Assembly (NCBI GenBank): GCA_002718655.1
Contig: PBFM01000016.1
Coordinates: 6,013 to 62,435, forward strand
Source: Fidelibacterota bacterium
GTDB lineage: Bacteria; Fidelibacterota; Marinisomatia; Marinisomatales; UBA1611
Length of the DNA: 56,423 nt
Direction of reading: 5' to 3'
Part shown: positions 50,177-56,423 of the stretch, piece after piece
How positions within the stretch are numbered: the first letter of the stretch is position 1
Layout of the letters: the number at the start of each line of letters is the position of its first letter
Translations under genes and position numbers: made by a program
The notes under the pieces: model-generated
Database searches by the model: none
Told to the model about the DNA's origin: nothing
Seen by the model: only the letters and a program-made list of their open reading frames with translations

Positions 50177-52632
50177 TATTTTAATATGCTTCTTATCTTT
50201 TCAATCCTTTTATTCAAACGATCCAATTCTTTTTCAGTGCGACTCTTTTCTTTTTTCATTTTAGAGCTATTTATTCTCTTTTTTGCAGCCCGAATTGACC
50301 TATTTAGCACCGGATCTCTTTCTAAAACCGCATCCAAAAAATCTAAGTGTTCTTTGTTACCATATTTACCCAGAGCTCTAACAGCTGCTCTACGTACATC
50401 GCGGGATCGATCTTCCAAAAGGTCTACAAAGATTGCAATAGTTTCTCTTTTCTCCTTGGCATATTTTTCTAATTGATATACTGATTCTGGTCGAGCATCC
50501 CATGTCGTTCCACCATAAGATGATAATTGTTTTAGACGCTCATAATTCTCATCATTTCGTACACTCCCAAAATATGATATTGCAGATCTTCTTATCACAT
50601 CTGAGTGTGAATCCACCTCAAGTAAAGGTTCTACTTTCCTTCGAGCTGCTGCAGTATCAACCGCAACTAGTGCTCTAAAAGCATCACTTATACTATAATG
50701 TTTATTATCACTTGAAATGATATTCTCCAAAAACCTACTCACAACCTTATTATTTTTATAATTCTTCAATGAATTCCAGATCGCTCTTCTCACCCGATTA
50801 TCCTTGCCGGCTGATATTTCCATTAATTCTTCTGAATAATTTTTTGGTTTTAAATTTGATAGACCATTGACAGCCTCTTTTTGAACACCCCAAAATGGGT
50901 CATCTCGTAAAGCATTTAATAAGGCCTTTTCAACATTTCTTCTTCCCTTCTTAGTTTTTAAAACATTTATAGCTTCGATTCTATCAAGAACATGGGGCGC
51001 CTTTTCTAACTGATAGATCCACTCAGATATTGGCTTATTAAATGATAACTTACAGGGAATACGCATTCCCTCATTAAATATGACCATTTCAGGTCTCATT
51101 TTAACGGGTAGTTCATACGTCATTTCTTTTTCATCCATCCATATCACATGAGTTTCTTCATCAATTCCTATGCTTATAGGCATGGTAAATAACTCATCTT
51201 GAACCTGCTTTACTTTCAATTTAACGGTCCTATTTCTTTGGTTATAGGACCATTTAACCTCATACTCTGGAAAACCAGGTTCATACAACCACTGCTTAAA
51301 AAACCAATCAAGATTTTTACCTGTAACCTCTTCAATGGCTTTTTTAAGGTCTTGTGTTTCAACATTCTTATGGTGATTAACCTTAGTATAGTGTCTTATT
51401 GAACGCCAAAAGGCATCATCACCTAGGTAGTCTTGCATCATATTTATTATTAAGCTACCTTTCGCGTAAATATGTCCATCAAATAGATCAATAGGTGCAT
51501 AATAATTATCGTGCACTGTTGGTCGTTTCCACCTTGCATTAGCTCCAAAATAGCTCCGCATCTCCCCATAACGGATGTACTCTCCTTCATCAAGACCAAA
51601 CTTATACTCACGATATTTTCTAGATAGGTAAGTAGCGAAACCTTCATTTAACCAAATGTTTTCCCAATTACGAGTTGTTATCATGTCACCATACCACTGA
51701 TGTGCCAATTCATGAGCAACTAATCCTACACTGCTTACATCAGGAGCAGAGAATTCGTCATGCATGGTCCGGTCAGTATTATGTGTCAGCGTGATGTTTT
51801 CCATACCACCAAACATGAAATCATCTAGGATAACCTGATCATATTTTTCATATGGATATTCAATTCCAGTTTTCTTTCCAAAATAATCCATCATGTCCGT
51901 GGTTAGGCCAAATGAACGTAGAGCTTCGTTTTTATTTTCCTCATACACCCAGTAATTAACAGGTATTCCATTGTATGAATCCTCTATCTTAACATAATCA
52001 CCTATAGCATAAGATATTAGATAAGATACCATGGGGAAATTTTCAAACCAGTGCCAGGTATGTGTTCCATCATTATTTTTTTTCACGGATTTGAGCTCAC
52101 CATTGGATATTGCTTTAAAATCTTGATCTACAGTAAGTATCACCTCAAATGTTGCACGATCATTAGGATAATCGTAAATAGGAACCCAATGATGGTTATC
52201 ATCTTCCTCACCTTGAGTCCAAGCCTGCCAGGGCTTGTCAGGATAAGTTTCGTCTGGCTTGATAAAATAGGTTCCTATTCTGGGGAATGCAGTGTAATCA
52301 ATCTTTAATTTAATGGTATCATCCCAGCTTATTGCTTCATCAAGATTAATGTTTAGTTTATCTCCCCAATGATCAAATCTTACATCCTTATCATTGATTC
52401 TTGCTCTTCTTATTGTCATATCCTCTGCATCAAGCTGAAATGATTCTAAATTTGAACTAAGAGGACTTAAATGATGAATCACACTACCATATACAGATTC
52501 TGAAACAATATCAACAGTTACATCTATCTTGATATGATGAATGTCTACTTCTCTGTCCCGGGTTCGATTTGAAGGTGCATTGTCATCTGCAGAATATATA
52601 ATTGACATGAATAGAATGAAAAAAATTCTCAT
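50176..52632 (-). CDS. M1-family aminopeptidase N with C-terminal HEAT repeats
   Basis: GGMEN, HELAHQWYG...WLNEGFA, YAKG. HEAT repeats (DVRRAAVRALG). Signal peptide. Confidence 0.93.
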   Translation of the reverse strand: MRIFFILFMSIIYSADDNAPSNRTRDREVDIHHIKIDVTVDIVSESVYGSVIHHLSPLSSNLESFQLDAEDMTIRRARINDKDVRFDHWGDKLNINLDEAISWDDTIKLKIDYTAFPRIGTYFIKPDETYPDKPWQAWTQGEEDDNHHWVPIYDYPNDRATFEVILTVDQDFKAISNGELKSVKKNNDGTHTWHWFENFPMVSYLISYAIGDYVKIEDSYNGIPVNYWVYEENKNEALRSFGLTTDMMDYFGKKTGIEYPYEKYDQVILDDFMFGGMENITLTHNTDRTMHDEFSAPDVSSVGLVAHELAHQWYGDMITTRNWENIWLNEGFATYLSRKYREYKFGLDEGEYIRYGEMRSYFGANARWKRPTVHDNYYAPIDLFDGHIYAKGSLIINMMQDYLGDDAFWRSIRHYTKVNHHKNVETQDLKKAIEEVTGKNLDWFFKQWLYEPGFPEYEVKWSYNQRNRTVKLKVKQVQDELFTMPISIGIDEETHVIWMDEKEMTYELPVKMRPEMVIFNEGMRIPCKLSFNKPISEWIYQLEKAPHVLDRIEAINVLKTKKGRRNVEKALLNALRDDPFWGVQKEAVNGLSNLKPKNYSEELMEISAGKDNRVRRAIWNSLKNYKNNKVVSRFLENIISSDNKHYSISDAFRALVAVDTAAARRKVEPLLEVDSHSDVIRRSAISYFGSVRNDENYERLKQLSSYGGTTWDARPESVYQLEKYAKEKRETIAIFVDLLEDRSRDVRRAAVRALGKYGNKEHLDFLDAVLERDPVLNRSIRAAKKRINSSKMKKEKSRTEKELDRLNKRIEKIRSILK

Positions 52633-52700
52633 AAGGGCCTCTATTTATACTAAAACCATTTACTAAAATATATAAACTATTATGTATTTATAATTAAAAT

Positions 52701-52730
52701 AAAAAAGGGGCCCAGATATGGGCCCCTTTT
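52701..52730 (-). terminator. Rho-independent terminator of the large surface-protein gene
   Basis: AAAAGGGGCCCA-GATA-TGGGCCCCTTTT hairpin followed by a U-tract on the minus strand. Confidence 0.88.
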
Positions 52731-52754
52731 CATTTCTAGTTTGTGTTCTAGAAC

Positions 52755-55700
52755 TTATTTCATGAGAACAAGTTTCTTGACACTTACAAAATCACCTGCT
52801 TGTATGCGATAGACATACATTCCAGATGAGAGTGCTTGACCTAGGTCATTTGTTGCATTCCAAACGATCTGGTAACGTCCAGGCTGGTGACTACCCTGTA
52901 CTAGGGTTCGTACACGCTGACCCATCACATTATAGATCTCAAGAGTTACATCTGAGACCTCAGGAATATCATATAGGATATTCGTGACAGGGTTGAACGG
53001 ATTCGGATAGTTGTTATGCAGTGCAAATTCCTGTGGAAGTGTTCCACCATCAATACCAACAAGATCAGCATCAACAGTTACAACAAGTTCACGAGGTCCA
53101 CTTGATGATGGTGTCATCTCAAAACCATCAGATGTCCACACATCCCATGTCCAGGTCATCTCTTCAAGGCCTAGATCAATTGCAGCACTTGCAATATCTT
53201 CATGGGTTACGAAAACACCTGTAGCTGTAAGAGGTACATGCATGTAAACCTCATCAGCAAAGACGTGTCCACCTTCAGTTCCACCTGCTTCAGCTGGCAT
53301 CCTCATGACACCAACCATGACTTGTGTTGCACCTTCTGGTACATGACATTCTGCATAGATATAATTCCATACATCTGCTGAATCGGCACTAGTCATTGGC
53401 TCTCCAAGCTGGAATTCCATGGTGTTGCCATCAGCATCCATGAAAGCTGCACCTACAGCTAACATTCCATCATTGATAGGATCTGCTGAGGAGTGCATTG
53501 CCCAACTATCTACCCAAAAATGGGTACCAGCTGGTAGCATGTCAACAGGCCATTGTTGGTAAACAGCATTTAATCCGCCTGCAGAACTCACAGCCATTGC
53601 TAGGGCAGCATCACCATCAGCTGCTTCAAACAGTACACCATCAGCTATTTCATCACCGGTGTTGATTACAGCATAATCATCTCCATTTGATTCCCAACCT
53701 TCAAGACCACCATCTGCATCGAGGTCCTCAAAGCTTTCATTTTCAACCGCGTTTTCAGGCAATATCTGATAAAGAGTATCACCAGGAACTGCAGCCTCAA
53801 ACTCTACATAGTATTCAACTGGGTCGTTATCTGCATCTATTGCAGCGGTCCAAATGAATGCGACCTCTTCATCAAGATTATCTGCTGTTACAGCAACCTC
53901 AAATCCATCACCTGGAGAGATTAACATTGATGCATCTGGAGGCACGTTAGAAAGCGTAACCGTAACTGTATTGGTTGCCATACTTTCATGACCATCAGAA
54001 TACTCTGCTGTGACGTGATACTCATACGTACCCCAATCCAGTCCGTTATCCCAGTAGTCATGCATGTCATGCTCTTGCATTCCTACATGTGCACCATCAC
54101 GATATATGTTATAGTGCATTAGATCTCGAGAAGCAGACTCATGAGCCCATTTCGGATCAACTACAGGAGGATTCATCAAGACAGATGGATTGTCCTTCGT
54201 GTTAACTGCTTCCATTGAAGCGATCGGAGCTGGTAGATCTACAGCGCTTGATGCACCTGATTGATTTATCCATACACCATCATTACCAAATGATGCTACA
54301 TCTCCTCCAGCTGTGAAGTCAGCGAACATGTGAAGAATCCAATCACCACAAGCTAAACTACCATAATCAGCGGATAGTGCCCATGTTTCAGCAACTGATA
54401 CATTGTAATCGTATTTGTTACCTGGGAAATCAAGAACAGCATCACATCCCATCATGTCCATGTCGGCACCTGGTGCATTATTCTCAAAGTCATATCCAAA
54501 ATCACTATACATGACGAAAACATCGCCAGTAACAGTAACTGGAACGGTTGAGAGACTGTCTGTCATTGCCCAACCATAGGTTTCAGAGGTAGGATCAGCA
54601 TCTACTAAAACAGCCTCTTGATACAATGTATCGCCAGGAAGATCAGTATCTGAATCTACTGCTAAAAGACTAAGAGTATATGGTTGTTCTCCAAGAACAG
54701 CATCAGGCCATCCACCAGTCCATACAGAGTTAGCAAGTCCATTAATGGAATATGTGCCATTAACTCTGAAACGAACGGCTACTGCACCTGCATACCACCA
54801 AGCGTTGGCAACTACGCCATCATCGTAGGCAAGCTCCATGTTACTTGCGTCAATCGGTGGATCCCACATTAGATGCACGTCATCGCCATAATCCATTGCT
54901 GTTAGGTTATTTGGATTATCTTCAATCTGAACTGTTACTGTAACAGGTCCAACAACATCAGAAACCACTGGATCAAAGATACCAGGGATATTATAGGTTG
55001 CGGTTATCGCAAGGCTAATGTCAGTTGGCTCTGCAGCAAAAAGAACAGTGGCCCATTCCGTAGCATCTGCGGCAGCCTGTCCAATTGGGCTAGGTGTGCC
55101 AGCTGCGTCAACAGACCAGACAGTATATCCAGCTAGAGGGTTATATGGAGTTAGGTCAATGGTGTATTCACCTTCACCTGCGCCATAACCATCCATGACA
55201 ATGTAGTATGTATTACCTGCTGCCATGTAAACACCTTCAATATAAGATGTCCAAATGGTACAATCATCCACTCCTGGCGGATAGGCATCATCACTACAAG
55301 CATCTGCACCAGTAACTGTGGTAGCTAGATTATCTGCTGCATTCTCGAAAACATAGATTTTCGTATCATATGTTGAATAACAAGTAGTTATGTTAACTGC
55401 TACATCTGTAGTAGGAGTAAAACTATAGACAACATCTGGTGCTGTAGCTCCAGCATATGGACACACGGCATCATAATCATCCGTATATCCAGACGTTGTT
55501 CCAGTTAGCTGCTCCAACTCAGTTATGACAGTAGCATCTTCAATGGTATCTCCACCTTGTCTCGTACTTGAAGGAGTACCATGACCTGTAATAGGTGCAC
55601 CCTCATATGGTTCCGGAGCATCCCATGTCAGGGTTACATCAAATCCTGAGGAAGAACCTACTAGATTTGTTGGCTCTGGAACATCTGGTGGTGCGGAAGG

Positions 55701-56423
55701 GGTAGCACATGCGGTATTTGATGCAGCAGATTCAGTTGTACCATCTACCTGAGTTACCGCATAGCAATATTCCACATCAGCAGTCAGAGGTTCATCTGTG
55801 TAAAGAATCAAGTTACCTGGTTGCCAAGAGGGCGATGATACGTTTTCTATTACAGCAAGATCTGCACCATCAGCTCCACGCCATACGTTCCATGTTGAGT
55901 TTGCCAGAGGACTGGTGTTATCAACACTCATTGACATGACGTTGTTACCTTCACTTTCTTCTAAAACATAATTTCCATATCCATCAGCCATTGCATAAAG
56001 TGTGTATGTTTCGCCATCATAGCCACCTGTAAACCCAGGAAGGGTCAAGTATGAACTAAGATATTGAACAACTGAATCACCAGCAGCAAGTCCAAGGCCT
56101 TGCCACGCATACTGAAAGTATCCTGGCGGATAGGTTTGGGTTGTGTCTGGATCTTGTAAAAATGCCATAGTGTAAAAATATCCAGCATCAAGATCCCCTA
56201 TATTCTTCACCGTAACTGTAGCGCGACCTGTCCAGCTGTCATAGCTCATGTCTGTTACGGTAAGGTCTGGTGCACCACATGCATATCCTTCACCCAAGAA
56301 GAAACATGCAGAAGGAGCAGCACCTTCTCCTAAAACGTTACCATCCATGTCTGTGACCTGCATGGTTTGCTCAGAAAGCCACGGCGCGGTCGCATCCCAC
56401 TCAACAGAATATACTCCGTCAGG
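52755..56423 (-). CDS. Large acidic secreted/surface protein (5'-partial) with CARDB/FN3-like Ig domains and C-terminal sorting domain
   Basis: The frame stays open to the window end (PDGVYSVEWDATAPWLSEQT precedes the ORF-track Met). It contains PDLTV...VKNIG...ESEGNN (CARDB-like), PTNL...VTLTWDAP and YNIYRDG (FN3-like), and NNYPNPFNP...SSGMYVY...KKLVLMK. Confidence 0.88.
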   Translation of the reverse strand, partial: PDGVYSVEWDATAPWLSEQTMQVTDMDGNVLGEGAAPSACFFLGEGYACGAPDLTVTDMSYDSWTGRATVTVKNIGDLDAGYFYTMAFLQDPDTTQTYPPGYFQYAWQGLGLAAGDSVVQYLSSYLTLPGFTGGYDGETYTLYAMADGYGNYVLEESEGNNVMSMSVDNTSPLANSTWNVWRGADGADLAVIENVSSPSWQPGNLILYTDEPLTADVEYCYAVTQVDGTTESAASNTACATPSAPPDVPEPTNLVGSSSGFDVTLTWDAPEPYEGAPITGHGTPSSTRQGGDTIEDATVITELEQLTGTTSGYTDDYDAVCPYAGATAPDVVYSFTPTTDVAVNITTCYSTYDTKIYVFENAADNLATTVTGADACSDDAYPPGVDDCTIWTSYIEGVYMAAGNTYYIVMDGYGAGEGEYTIDLTPYNPLAGYTVWSVDAAGTPSPIGQAAADATEWATVLFAAEPTDISLAITATYNIPGIFDPVVSDVVGPVTVTVQIEDNPNNLTAMDYGDDVHLMWDPPIDASNMELAYDDGVVANAWWYAGAVAVRFRVNGTYSINGLANSVWTGGWPDAVLGEQPYTLSLLAVDSDTDLPGDTLYQEAVLVDADPTSETYGWAMTDSLSTVPVTVTGDVFVMYSDFGYDFENNAPGADMDMMGCDAVLDFPGNKYDYNVSVAETWALSADYGSLACGDWILHMFADFTAGGDVASFGNDGVWINQSGASSAVDLPAPIASMEAVNTKDNPSVLMNPPVVDPKWAHESASRDLMHYNIYRDGAHVGMQEHDMHDYWDNGLDWGTYEYHVTAEYSDGHESMATNTVTVTLSNVPPDASMLISPGDGFEVAVTADNLDEEVAFIWTAAIDADNDPVEYYVEFEAAVPGDTLYQILPENAVENESFEDLDADGGLEGWESNGDDYAVINTGDEIADGVLFEAADGDAALAMAVSSAGGLNAVYQQWPVDMLPAGTHFWVDSWAMHSSADPINDGMLAVGAAFMDADGNTMEFQLGEPMTSADSADVWNYIYAECHVPEGATQVMVGVMRMPAEAGGTEGGHVFADEVYMHVPLTATGVFVTHEDIASAAIDLGLEEMTWTWDVWTSDGFEMTPSSSGPRELVVTVDADLVGIDGGTLPQEFALHNNYPNPFNPVTNILYDIPEVSDVTLEIYNVMGQRVRTLVQGSHQPGRYQIVWNATNDLGQALSSGMYVYRIQAGDFVSVKKLVLMK

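Overview
AT-rich bacterial chromosomal segment, densely coding and mostly on the minus strand. It most likely comes from an FCB-group marine bacterium such as Marinimicrobia/SAR406. This is an inference from the YPNPFN-type C-terminal sorting domains, long-form IspG, folB-folK-dNK linkage, NTT-HEAT protein and low GC. Most of the window is housekeeping (tyrS, smpB, pepA, acs, alr, polA, groES/EL, dut, smc, rsmE, folB/K, ispG), interleaved with scavenging genes (peptidases, secreted nuclease/phosphatase, transporters). I saw no integrase, transposase, prophage, CRISPR array or rRNA. Items most worth follow-up: (1) a degenerate tRNA-Leu(GAG)-like element directly upstream of a close homolog of the animal queuosine-tRNA mannosyltransferase (GTDC1/QTMAN, DUF3524), divergent from smpB-tyrS; (2) an unannotated ~70-nt G.U-rich structured RNA with a U-tract upstream of an acyl-CoA thioesterase-acs pair; (3) an NTT-HEAT-cNMP nucleotide transporter fusion; (4) an apicomplexan-like dUTPase; (5) a sigma54-type promoter instead of CIRCE at groES; (6) two frameshifted genes (rlmH, and a MORN-repeat lipoprotein split at an A11 tract). 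All family calls are from motif recognition by eye; no database searches were run.
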